From positions 62,001 to 126,000 of the forward strand of contig NIVC01001838.1 in the NCBI GenBank assembly GCA_002269645.1: a stretch of 64,000 nt of DNA. Reading direction: 5' to 3'. Source of the stretch: Macrostomum lignano (taxonomy: Eukaryota). The translations under genes and the position numbers were made by a program. The notes beneath the pieces are model-generated. The model did not search any database, had not been told where the DNA came from, and was given only the letters and a program-made list of their open reading frames with translations. Positions 10,501-24,881 of the stretch are shown here, piece by piece; position 1 is the stretch's first letter, and every line of letters starts with the position of its first letter.

Positions 10501-13080
10501 TCTTCTCTGCATCTTCTCCATCCCTTCTCAGTCTCTTCTCTGCATCTTCTCCATCCCTTCTCAGTCTCTTCTCTGCATCTTCTCCATCCCTTCTCAGTCT
10601 CTTCTCTGCATCTTCTCCATCCCTTCTCAGTCTCTTCTCTGCATCTTCTCCATCCCTTCTCAGTCTCTTCTCTGCATCTTCTCCATCCCTTCTCAGTCTC
10701 TTCTCTGCATCTTCTCCATCCCTTCTCAGTCTCTTCTCTGCATCTTCTCCATCCCTTCTCAGTCTCTTCTCTGTATCTTCTCCATCCCTTCTCAGTCTCT
10801 TCTCTGTATCTTCTCCATCCCTTCTCAGTCTCTTCTCTGCATCTTCTCCATCCCTTCTCAGTCTCTTCTCTGCATCTTCTCCATCCCTTCTCAGTCTCTT
10901 CTCTGCATCTTCTCCATCCCTTCTCAGTCTCTTCTCTGCATCTTCTCCATCCCTTCTCAGTCTCTTCTCTGCATCTTCTCCATCCCTTCTCAGTCTCTTC
11001 TCTGCATCTTCTCCATCCCTTCTCAGTCTCTTCTCTGCATCTTCTCCATCCCTTCTCAGTCTCTTCTCTGCATCTTCTCCATCCCTTCTCAGTCTCTTCT
11101 CTGCATCTTCTCCATCCCTTCTCAGTCTCTTCTCTGCATCTTCTCCATCCCTTCTCAGTCTCTTCTCTGCATCTTCTCCATCCCTTCTCAGTCTCTTCTC
11201 TGCATCTTCTCCATCCCTTCTCAGTCTCTTCTCTGCATCTTCTCCATCCCTTCTCAGTCTCTTCTCTGCATCTTCTCATCCCTTCTCAGTCTCTTCTCTG
11301 CATCTTCTCCATCCCTTCTCAGTCTCTTCTCTGCATCTTCTCCATCCCTTCTCAGTCTCTTCTCTGCATCTTCTCCATCCCTTCTCAGTCTCTTCTCTGC
11401 ATCTTCTCCATCCCTTCTCAGTCTCTTCTCTGCATCTTCTCCATCCCTTCTCAGTCTCTTCTCTGCATCTTCTCCATCCCTTCTCAGTCTCTTCTCTGCA
11501 TCTTCTCCATCCCTTCTCAGTCTCTTCTCTGCATCTTCTCCATCCCTTCTCAGTCTCTTCTCTGCATCTTCTCCATCCCTTCTCAGTCTCTTCTCTGCAT
11601 CTTCTCCATCCCTTCTCAGTCTCTTCTCTGCATCTTCTCCATCCCTTCTCAGTCTCTTCTCTATCTTCTCCATCCCTTCTCAGTCTCTTCTCTATTTCTT
11701 CTCCATCCCTTCTCAGTCTCTTCTCTGTATCTTCTCCATCCCTTCTCAGTCTCTTCTCTGTATCTTCTCCATCCCTTTTAATCTCTTCTCTATATCTTCT
11801 CCATCCCTTCTCAGTCTCTTCTCTGCATCTTCTCCATCCCTTCTCAGTCTCTTCTCTGCATCTTCTCCATCCCTTCTCAGTCTCTTCTCTGCATCTTCTC
11901 CATCCCTTCTCAGTCTCTTCTCTGCATCTTCTCATCCCTTCTCAGTCTCTTCTCTGCATCTTCTCCATCCCTTCTCAGTCTCTTCTCTGCATCTTCTCCA
12001 TCCCTTCTCAGTCTCTTCTCTGCATCTTCTCCATCCCTTCTCAGTCTCTTCTCTGCATCTTCTCCATCCCTTCTCAGTCTCTTCTCTGCATCTTCTCCAT
12101 CCCTTCTCAGTCTCTTCTCTGCATCTTCTCCATCCCTTCTCAGTCTCTTCTCTGCATCTTCTCCATCCCTTCTCAGTCTCTTCTCTGCATCTTCTTCATC
12201 CCTTCTCAGTCTCTTCTCTGCATCTTCTCCATCCCTTCTCAGTCTCTTCTCTGCATCTTCTCCATCCCTTCTCAGTCTCTTCTCTATTTCTTCTCCATCC
12301 CTTCTCAGTCTCTTCTCTATTTCTTCTCCATCCCTTCTCAGTCTCTTCTCTGTATCTTCTCCATCCCTTCTCAGTCTCTTCTCTGTATCTTCTCCATCCC
12401 TTTTAATCTCTTCTCTATATCTTCTCCATCCCTTCTCAGTCTCTTCTCTGCATCTTCTCCATCCCTTCTCAGTCTCTTCTCTGTATCTTCTCCATCCCTT
12501 CTCAGTCTCTTCTCAATCTCGTCTCTTTTCAGTATTTTCTCTGTATCTTCTCCATCCCTTCTCAGTTTCTTCTCCATCCCGCTCCATCTCTTCTCCATCT
12601 CTGCTCCATCTCTTCTCCATCTCTTCTCCATCTCTGCTCCATCACTTCTCAGTCTCTTCTCTATATCTTCTCCATCTCTGCTCCATCTCTTCTCCATCTC
12701 TTCTCCATCCCGCTCCATCGCTTCTCCATCTCTGCTCGATCTCTTCTCCATCTCTTCTCCATCTCTGCTCCATCGCTTCTCCATCTCTTCTTCATCTCTG
12801 CTCCATCACTTCTCTATCTCTTCTTCATCTCTGCTCCATCACTTCTTTATCTCTTCTTCATCTCTTCCCCATCTCTGCTCCATCTCTTCCCCATCTCTGC
12901 TCCATCACTTCTTTATCTCTTCTTCATCTCTTCCCCATCTTTGCTCCATCACTTCTTTATCTCTTCTTCATCTCTTCCCCATCTCTGCTCCATCTCTTCT
13001 CCATCTCTGCTCAATCTCTTCTTCATCACTTCTCCATCTCTTCCCCATCTCTGCTCCATCACTTCTCCATCTCTTATCCG
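7590..13080. repeat. 33-bp pyrimidine-rich satellite (CATCTTCTCCATCCCTTCTCAGTCTCTTCTCTG)n, ~5.5 kb, degenerating after ~12550
   Basis: 33-bp period. The unit has no stop codon in any plus frame, hence the three >1400-aa pseudo-ORFs. Confidence 0.97.
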
Positions 13081-13411
13081 TCTCTCTTATTCTTATGCTT
13101 TCTCTTTTTTCAGGTAATTTTGTATTGGTTTAATCTCGATTTTTTTATTTTCATTTACGGCTCGTGTTTCTATTTTTTACAAAGCAATGCTTGCACTACA
13201 AGATGAGTACTTGTGAGTAGTGTCTATTGCAGTTAGTGAACAAAAACTGGGGAACTCAATACATTTTTCAAATCATTAGCGGTTGAACCAGTTCTGTGGT
13301 GAGGTGAGGTGGTCTCATGCCGAGCATCTATCTGTCATACCCAATTTCGCATATAGCAGCTGTAACGCGAGACAAGACGTGCCAGCGCTCGCTACGCAAA
13401 ACAAGAAGGGT

Positions 13412-13413
<2 letters not shown>

Positions 13414-13485
<72 letters not shown>
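13414..13485. repeat. (CT)n microsatellite upstream of tetraspanin 1
   Basis: Perfect dinucleotide run. Confidence 0.97.
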
Positions 13486-13488
<3 letters not shown>

Positions 13489-13826
13489 GACAATTGCACA
13501 CTTTTTGGTACCTTTTAATTCGAAGCACGGCAGTTTTGTGGATGTGTGTGAGTCATCACGCAGTCTGGCCCACAGTCTAAGCCACGAAAAACTCGAATGA
13601 GACGGAATATTGAACAATGGAAGTGTTTTTGGGGGCGGGTGGGGGGCCCATACAGAAACTTGGCGAATGCATTATGTATGGAATTTTCCGCATAATACCC
13701 CACACAAGCAAACCATAAGTTTATATACTGGCCAGTTTATACGGGCTGACCAAGATAAAACCTATTGTCGAAAGCACAAAAACAGTTCTTGAACCCAATT
13801 GGAAATCAAATTCAAACACAGCAAAG

Positions 13827-16495
<2,669 letters not shown>

Positions 16496-17004
16496 AGTTT
16501 CGCATCTCAAGCTTTTAAAGCCATGGACAACTGCGAGTTAAACATTTAAACATTTTATAACGCGGAACATTTTTATTAAAGACATTATCAGGATGCAAAT
16601 ATTTATACATGAAAATGTTTATTTACCATTCTCAAACAAAAAAGATCGAAACGATTTAAATATGAAATCAATAATATATCAGTTTTGTTTGAATTCCAAT
16701 ACACTATAGTTACTCTCCAAATTTTTATTGAACACTTTTTATATAACTTCACTGCCTGTTTAATGAAACTGAGCACAATTTATTTATATTTTACAGTACT
16801 CGTGCCTCCAAAATAACTTTTTTGACAGATCAAACGGCTGCACACTAACCTGTCTTTGAACGATGAGGATATTTGAAATTAATGTGTGCCTATTCACTAC
16901 TAGAATCAGTACTATGGATAGTGTTTCTGACTGTTCGCTCATTTCCTTTGCTTTCTTCTCAGGGGCGAACTGTTTTGTTTAACTGACAGTACTGGCTGTT
17001 CAAG

Positions 17005-18705
17005 AGATGAGCCTGTGAGCTGCATGGGTCAGGGACTGACTCAGCTGAGACATGGGACTGTGAGCTGCATGGGTCAGGGACTGACTCAGCTGAGACATGG
17101 GACTGTGAGCTGCATGGGCCAGGGACTGACTCAGCTGAGACATGGGACTGTGAGCTGCATGGGCCAGGGACTGACTCAGCTGAGACATGGGACTGTGAGC
17201 TGCATGGGCCAGGGACTGACTCAGCTGAGACATGGGCCTGTGAGCTGCATGGGTCAGGGACTGACTCAGCTGAGACATTGGGCTGCGAGCTGCATGGGTC
17301 AGGGACTGACTCAGCTGAGAGATTTGGCGGTGAGCTGCATGGGTCAGGGACTGACTCAGCTGAGAGATTTGGCGGTGATCGAGCTGCATGGGTCAGGGAC
17401 TGACTCAGCTGAGACATTGGGCTGTGAGCTGCATGGGTCAGGGACTGACTCAGCTGAGAGATTTGGCGGTGAGCTGCATGGGCCAGGGACTGACTCAGCT
17501 GAGACATGGGCCTGCGAGCTGCATGGGCCAGGGACTGACTCAGCTGAGACATTGGGCTGTGAGCTGCATGGGTCAGGGACTGACTCAGCTGAGAGATTTG
17601 GCGGTGAGCTGCATGGGCCAGGGACTGACTCAGCTGAGACATGGGCCTGCGAGCTGCATGGGCCAGGGACTGACTCAGCTGAGACATGGGACTGTGAGCT
17701 GCATGGGTCAGGGACTGACTCAGCTGAGACATGGGCCTGTGAGCTGCATGGGCCAGGGACTGACTCAGCTGAGACATGGGACTGTGAGCTGCATGGGCCA
17801 GGGACTGACTCAGCTGAGACATGGGACTGTAAGCTGCATGGGTCAGGGACTGACTCAGCTGAGACATGGGACTGTGAGCTGCATGGGTCAGGGACTGACT
17901 CAGCTGAGACATGGGCCTGCGGGCTGCATGGGCCAGGGACTGACTCAGCTGAGACATGGGACTGTGAGCTGCATGGGTCAGGGACTGACTCAGCTGAGAC
18001 ATGGGCCTGCGGGCTGCATGGGCCAGGGACTGACTCAGCTGAGACATGGGACTGTGAGCTGCATGGGTCAGGGACTGACTCAGCTGAGACATGGGACTGT
18101 GAGCTGCATGGGTCAGGGACTGACTCAGCTGAGACATGGGACTGTGAGCTGCATGGGTCAGGGACTGACTCAGCTGAGACATTGGGCTGCGAGCTGCATG
18201 GGTCAGGGACTGACTCAGCTGAGACATTGGGCTGCGAGCTGCATGGGTCAGGGACTGACTCAGCTGAGACATGGAGCTGCGAGCTGCATGGGTCAGGGAC
18301 TGACTCAGCTGAGAGATGAGCCTGTGAGCTGCATGGGTCAGGGACTGACTCAGCTGAGACATGGGACTGTGAGCTGCATGGGTCAGGGACTGACTCAGCT
18401 GAGACATTGGGCTGTGAGCTGCATGGGTCAGGGACTGACTCAGCTGAGAGATTTGGCGGTGAGCTGCATGGGCCAGGGACTGACTCAGCTGAGACATGGG
18501 CCTGCGAGCTGCATGGGCCAGGGACTGACTCAGCTGAGACATGGGGCTGCGAGCTGCATGGGTCAGGGACTGACTCAGCTGAGAGATTTGGCGGTGAGCT
18601 GCATGGGTCAGGGACTGACTCAGCTGAGACATGGAGCTGCGAGCTGCATGGGTCAGGGACTGACTCAGCTGAGACATGGAGCTGCGAGCTGCATGGGTCA
18701 GGAAC
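17005..18705. repeat. 45-bp minisatellite (GAGCTGCATGGGTCAGGGACTGACTCAGCTGAGACATGGGACTGT)n, ~38 copies, intergenic
   Basis: 45-bp period with an invariant core and a variable ~10-bp segment. Confidence 0.96.
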
Positions 18706-19756
18706 TGAGCTTGATTCGAATCCCCGATGCAATGCCAATTTGAGTCATGTGGTTAGCCGAGTGCAGAGGTGACCCTAGCAAAAGCAAATTGTTTAATTGC
18801 TTGCCCTCAGCTGAGACAAATTAATCGGCTAATTAGACTACTCGGTAATTTGCAAGATTAAGCTGTTAATTTGTGTGACTCTGTCAGTAAACGCCCAAGC
18901 TGCATTTTTTTTAAACAACGAAAATGTTTTGGCAAATGCGTTTGACACAGCATCACAGATGCTGTTCGAAATTAGGTAAAGATTGTAAAATTAGTGAAAA
19001 TGTTTAATACTGAATGAGCCATAGCTGAAGCTGCTAAATATTAAAAAAAACTCACGAAGACAATTTTTAGAAACAAGCACAACAGCGTATATTGTGGATG
19101 CTGTAAAATCTCTTTGATAATGGATAAATGCTAAAACCTAAACCAAAGGCGCATTGCTCATAATGCAGCTAAACCTTTGACATATTTAGCTTGGCTGAGT
19201 CAGGTAAAGTTTCAGTGAAGAAAAAGAGAATTAGCTATGGAGAAGCGGAGGGTTTGAAGCAGTCAGTAACTCAGTAGCTATGTGAAATGTGAGTGACGCA
19301 GGTAGGTCGTTCGGGCTAAATTTAGCAACACAAAAGTTGCTTCGCGCATGTAATAAACAATGCGGGCTGGGCTGTAAAGCTAAGGGGGAGAGAGAGAACT
19401 CTCTTATATTGTTGTCTTTGAGTCATGCTGAGTGCAAGTCTCTCTCTCTGTCCCGCGTACTGCTTGCCGTCTCTGTCCTATGCGTGGCACTGTACAGTGT
19501 TGCCATGGTAACAGAGACTGTTTACCCCCTCGCGCATGGTGAGGTAGAGCAGGTTTGAAACGAGACAGGGCAGGGAGTAGGAGGGAAGGAAGCTTAAGGG
19601 GGAGGCTGAAAATCCATAAATGCAACGACTGCCACTGCACACTGCAAACTGTTAGTTCTCAGGGGCGTAGTCTTCAAGTCTGCTTGCTCTGCTCTCTCGG
19701 CTTTATTCTACCAGATACTAATTAATCAATAGCCCGAAAACCCCAGCCAAGCAAAC

Positions 19757-22624
19757 ATGTGCAACTGCTTCAACAAGTGCATGCTGATCGCCATCAATGT
19801 GGTGTTCCTCATCTTCGGCGTCGCCATCACCGCCGTGTCCATCTGGGTGATCGCCTCTCAGGGCAGCCTGTTCGAGTTCATGCAGCTGCTAACCAAGGAC
19901 GTCAATGTTGATAGTAAGACCATGGACAACTATTTGAATGGCACGTCCACTCTATTGGCTGCCGCCTACATTGCCGTGGCATTCGGCGGCCTGTCAATCA
20001 TCATCGGATTCTGCGGCTGCTGCGGCGCCATCAAGGAGAACGCCTGCATGCTGATCTTTGTGAGCTGCTCCCCGCTTGCTTGCTAGGGGTGAAAAAAAGT
20101 CGTTTTAGACTTCCAATTATTAAGGACCCTGAAGCTAGGGTAGCGGCCCACTAATTGAGGACCCTGAAGCTAGTAGCGGCCCACTAATTAAGGACCCTGA
20201 AGCTAGTAGCGGCCCACTAATTGAGGACCCTGAAGCTAGTAGCGGCCCACTAATTGAGGACCCTGAAGCTAATAGCGGCCCACTAATTGAGAACCCTGAA
20301 GCTATAGTAGCGGCCCACTAATTGAGAACCCTGAAGCTAGTAGCGGCCCACTAATTGAGGACCCTGAAGCTAGTAGCGGCCCACTAATTGAGAACCCTGA
20401 AGCTAGTAGCGGCCCACTAATTGAGAACCCTGAAGCTAGTAGCGGCCCACTAATTGAGGACCCTGAAGCTATAGTAGCGGCCCACTAATTGAGGACCCTG
20501 AAGCTATAGTAGCGGCCCACTAATTGAGAACCCTGAAGCTAGTGGCGGCCCACTAATTGAGGACCCTGAAGCTATAGTAGCGGCCCACTAATTGAGGACC
20601 CTGAAGCTATAGTAGCGGCCCACTAATTGAGAACCCTGAAGCTAGTGGCGGCCCACTAATTAAACATTAAAGACACTGATTCCCCATTGCAGTACGCAGT
20701 TTTCCATCTCCATCATCCTTGCCGCGGAAATCGCTGGAGCTATCGTGGCCGCGGTGTTCAAAAATCAAATTAGCAAAGAGCTCAAGCCGCGCTTCATCAC
20801 CCTTGAGAAGAACCACTTCATTCCGCTGAACCAGACTCTCAGCAATGAGTCTAGCACGGACGTCACCATCACCACCTACATAAACTACCTGCAAGTTTCT
20901 GTAAGTACCAGTAAAATTCGTAGCTAACCTACTAATAGTAGTTATGTTGGAACAATAGGCGTAAGTTAATTATGCGCTATAAATTTCAGCTTGAATGCTG
21001 CGGCGTCAACAACCAGTCGGACATCACCGGCAGCGACACCAAGTGGAGCAAATCCGAGCGCTACTACAACGGCCTGTGGCAGGTCATGCCGGTCACCTGC
21101 TGCAAGATGAAGTCGACAAAGAACGAACTGCTGTCTAAGAATGATTGGAAGAATTCGCGCGACTATTTGTCTGATCCAACGTGTCCGAACACCGGCATGA
21201 ATTCGCTGACCGAGGTGAATTTCTGAGCTAAGCATGTTTTTATACTAAAGCCGTGCTTGATTGTCGTATGGACAGTTTAACAAGTAGGACTTCACCTGAG
21301 ACCGGTTTCCGCTTTAAAAAGCACTGTAGCTTGATAGACATTTCCCAGTTTTTACACCTGTAGATTACACCTGCCTTAATTGGGCCAGAACTGAAGGCTG
21401 CGTACGGCTGTTCAGTCAAAGGACTGGGGGGGGGGGTCGCCACACACAGCCTCAATTTCCCCAGCTAATGCTGACATCCATTTTACAGCTGGGTGAGCTG
21501 AAGCAATGCAGAGTTAAGTGTCTTGCTCAAGGACACAAATTGTTCCGAATGGGTCGAGAATCGAACCCCCGACCTTTCAGTTGTGATTCCGACGCTCTAA
21601 CCACAAGGCTACAACCCCAGTTGTTTAGCACCTCAGCAAACAAAGTCTCATATTTTTAGACTTAGCAATTAGAAAGAAATAATGTCAGATAGTATATATA
21701 TGGTTTTGGAGGTCGACAATGAATATTTTTTTGCAGGTGGCGAAGCAATATTTCAGCGGCTCCTCTCTTCAGAGTGCTTTTTCTGGGTGCCTTTTTTTCT
21801 AGACAGGGATGTCTTTTGGAAGCAAATTTTTGCGAAGTCCGGTTAAGAGAGCATAGTTGTGGTTTACGAATTTGTAATGTTGGTTTATGAATTTGTTTGT
21901 AATGTAATGTCTTCAATTAGATTTTTTATAAACTTTTGAACCAGCATCTCAGACGAAGCATGAAACTGCTGAAAAGTAACAAAAAGCATTGAAAATGTCA
22001 ATTTCAGGGCTGCTACAACAAACTGGAAAAAACGATCGACTTTTACGCGCTGCCCATCATCATCGTCTGCGTCGTTGTCGCCGTGTTTGAGGTAATTTTA
22101 ACAAAAAAATTAAATTTGCGTGATGAGCTAAATCTATATTTATATTTATTTTAGGATTACGGAGCTATTTAGAGAATTTCATGCATTTATTTCATGTGTA
22201 AATTATCTTTACATTTTATGCACTTTTCAATAGCAACACAAATTTAAATTATCTTTACATTTTAACAAAAATCTTTACTTAACAAAACAACTTAGAAATA
22301 GCATTTAGACTAAAAAAACAAATAACAGAAATATTAAACTGTAGCAATTCTTAGAAGTTAAATTAAAAAACAAATCTGGAGAGTTTCTAGTTTAACTAAA
22401 CAATCGTAAAATATTAAATTTTAACATCCGGTTGGTTAATTAAAAAATAGAAAGTATACGACAAAATTTGTGCATCAGAGAATGTCGCCTAAATTTTAGA
22501 AAATGCTGCTTCTACATTTTGAGTTATGGGGACCTACCTTAATAATTTTTTCCAGATTTTCTGCGTCGTAATCGCTTCGTGCATGGTGAACAAGATTCGC
22601 AAAGATGACGGCACCCATGTCTGA
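19757..22624 (+). CDS. Tetraspanin 2; exons 19757-20059, 20693(or 20700)-20900, 20990-21214, 22008-22091, 22556-22624
   Basis: Paralog of TSP1 with identical exon boundaries; GFCGCCGAIKE, LECCG, PVTCC, DPTCP, GCY motifs. The homologous acceptor at 20692 is out of frame by one T; the AG at 20698-20699 is in frame. Confidence 0.92.
20120..20662. repeat. 33/35-bp minisatellite (GACCCTGAAGCTAGTAGCGGCCCACTAATTGAG)n in TSP2 intron 1
   Basis: Visible period, no spacers. Confidence 0.95.
21391..21618 (-). mobile_element. tRNA-derived CORE-type SINE in TSP2 intron 3
   Basis: The reverse strand has a tRNA-like head (GGTTCGATTC B box) and TGTGTCCTTGAGCAAGACACTTAAC…CTGTAAAATGG, resembling the MIR CORE domain. 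A second copy lies at 29417. Confidence 0.8.
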
Positions 22625-23049
22625 ACACTGAACACCGAATATCCAGTATGACAACATATATATTGTGTTCATCATTACAGCTGGACAGAGTACTGTATAG
22701 TAAACGGCACTTTTAACCTCGAAGTCGTAAAAACTAACACCAGATATTTTTGTAATTTTTCATGTATTCATAAATATTTATTCTGCTTTTATTTGGGATG
22801 CACTATTTGGATGCCGTTGCTTTAACAGCGCAGATGAAACGCAAAATTAATCATCGAAGATGAGTTTTATAAAAATGAAATTTAATTATTCACGTTTGAA
22901 TAAAATACAACAGCTAAAAAATATATTCATTCACTCAATATTCACGCAAAAGTTTTGTATAAAAACACGGGTATTGAGATTAACTCTTTAAATTATTTTT
23001 GATTTAAATAACACCTACAAGTTCCATAAAAAAACAAACTACAGCAGCC

Positions 23050-24250
23050 CTGGACAGGCCAGCTTGGCTGCTGTCAAAATGCGAGCGCAAGCGCAGAGTT
23101 GCGCAGAACAGCGCGCGTCCGTGAGCGTCCGAAATCTCTGCGTCTCTTAGAAGCATGCAGGTCGACAAAACGCAGACTTCTCGCCTGACCAAGCCGCCGC
23201 GGTCCAATTGAAGGGAGAGAGCAGCAGCACGTCCTGCAGCGGCTCAGGACAGTACTGTTCTGCTCGGATGACGTGGCCGCCGCCAGCAGTAGGTGCCGGA
23301 TGCGCAGCTCAGCTGGCATGGTCGGAAGAGCCGGGCCTGACGGTATAGCGCGTCATTGCTGGTGCTGGTGGTGGCGGTCGGCGAGTAGTGGACACCTAAG
23401 GCGGCTCGCAGAAGTCCAGCGTGAGCGGTGTCGAGCTGCCGCTCCTGCGGGTCAGTGTCCACGTTTCAGCATTGTAAAGATCAGGAAAGCTTCTACTCGT
23501 ATGACTGCCTGGAACAGCCGCCCTCTCAGCCGATCCGGCAGCGTGGGGCACTGCAGGACAGTCCGCACTGTGCGAAATGCGCCCCCCCCCCAAGGCAAGC
23601 GCCCTGCGCCGTGCCACGTCGTCTATGTTGCTTGGCACAAGACCGCCGATAGATGAACTCTTTGCAGCGAGGCAGCAACGCCGCCTGCCCTTTCGGACGG
23701 TCAGCACCATTTTGGTGTACACGGACAGTCCAATCGCAACGGCCGCCGCCGTCAGCTGGTCTAGCAGGCGTTGAGCTCGTTCAGCTGAGCTAGACAGCAG
23801 CGCTAGGCCGTACGCGTACGCTAGGACGGAGAGTCGCTTCTCGGGGTGCCGCCTGCTTGTTCTGCGACAGAGCAAGAATCCGTTGGAGTCGTCAGGAAGG
23901 CCGGTGCGCAGTACCCAGTCCAGGACCAGGACGAGCAGTCCTAGTCTCCTGGTACAGAGCCAACACAGCCGTCACCAGTTGTTCAGGTAAGTGATACGCG
24001 CGCAGGATGTTCGTGATGACCCGCCTCATCACCGAGTCAAAGGCCTTCAGGAATTCCACGAAGATGCAAATGGTGGCTGGCCAAAATCCGTTCTGCGGGT
24101 CCAGCATCGGCTTCAGCCGCGACAGCCGAACCCTGTTAAACAGCTTAGCCATGCAGGGCATTAGTGAAATCCCGTGATACTCTCTTCTCTTCGATCTTAA
24201 CGGAGCCTGGTTTCTTTGGGATCCCAACGATATGCGCAGTCCGTCACTCT
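23050..24250 (-). pseudogene. Degenerate RTE-like non-LTR retrotransposon fragment (RT and C-terminal region)
   Basis: YHGISLMPCMAKLFNRV, FVEFLKAFDSV, LAYAYGLALL (decayed YADD), YNAETWTL, RQLDTAHAGLLRAALGV spread over several frames; the QG..SP motif region is missing. Confidence 0.8.
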
Positions 24251-24253
24251 GCA

Positions 24254-24380
24254 GGGCGCCAGCACCAGGGGCGCCAGCACCAGGGGCGCCAGCACCAGGG
24301 GCGCCAGCACCAGGGGCGCCAGCACCAGGGGCGCCAGCACCAGGGGCGCCAGCACCAGGGGCGCCAGCACCAAGGGGCGC
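24254..24380. repeat. 15-bp GC-rich tandem repeat (GGGCGCCAGCACCAG)n
   Basis: About 8 copies. Confidence 0.92.
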
Positions 24381-24881
24381 CGCCAAGGAATACTAAAGCT
24401 ACTATGTACATGTTACTTTAGTCGTCCTTGAGTGCAGCGCATGCGATTGATTATTCCATGCCTATAGAGACATTGTCGGAACTCTGTTAAAGGATCATAT
24501 AAGACTTCCAAAAAAACCCTTGTGTTTTGCACTTCATGTCGTATATGTAATTATCGCAATCAGTTTTTTAATGCAAATAGTCAGATGGATGCTCTTACTA
24601 CACCGATGGATCGTACTATACTACGATATTCCAGATCGTTCTGAGAGCTGGGCTGGCTACTCAGGAGATTAGGTTTCAGATAACGCCAGAAAGATGGTGC
24701 ATATACAGCTGCTAGCAAATGTTAAAATTGCTATTGTACCAGCGTACACTCATGAGTACAGAGTGAGTCTCTGCCCTACCCCCAGTTGAAAGCGATACTC
24801 AGCTAAGGAATAAATTAGCGGCTAGCTAATTAACGAAATACTAATTTGTAACGGAATATCCTGCGACTTAACATCTCAGAA

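Noticed and set aside
7428-13133. Three overlapping ORFs of 1430-1901 aa
   Set aside because: Artefact of a stop-free 33-bp unit; all three frames are open, with no domain or codon signal
17000-18743. Long ORFs on both strands and a possible repeat-spacer array
   Set aside because: 45-bp satellite; the variable part is only ~10 bp drawn from a few recurring variants
20120-20662. CRISPR-like 33-bp repeats
   Set aside because: Units are contiguous with no unique spacers, lie in a spliced intron, and there are no cas genes
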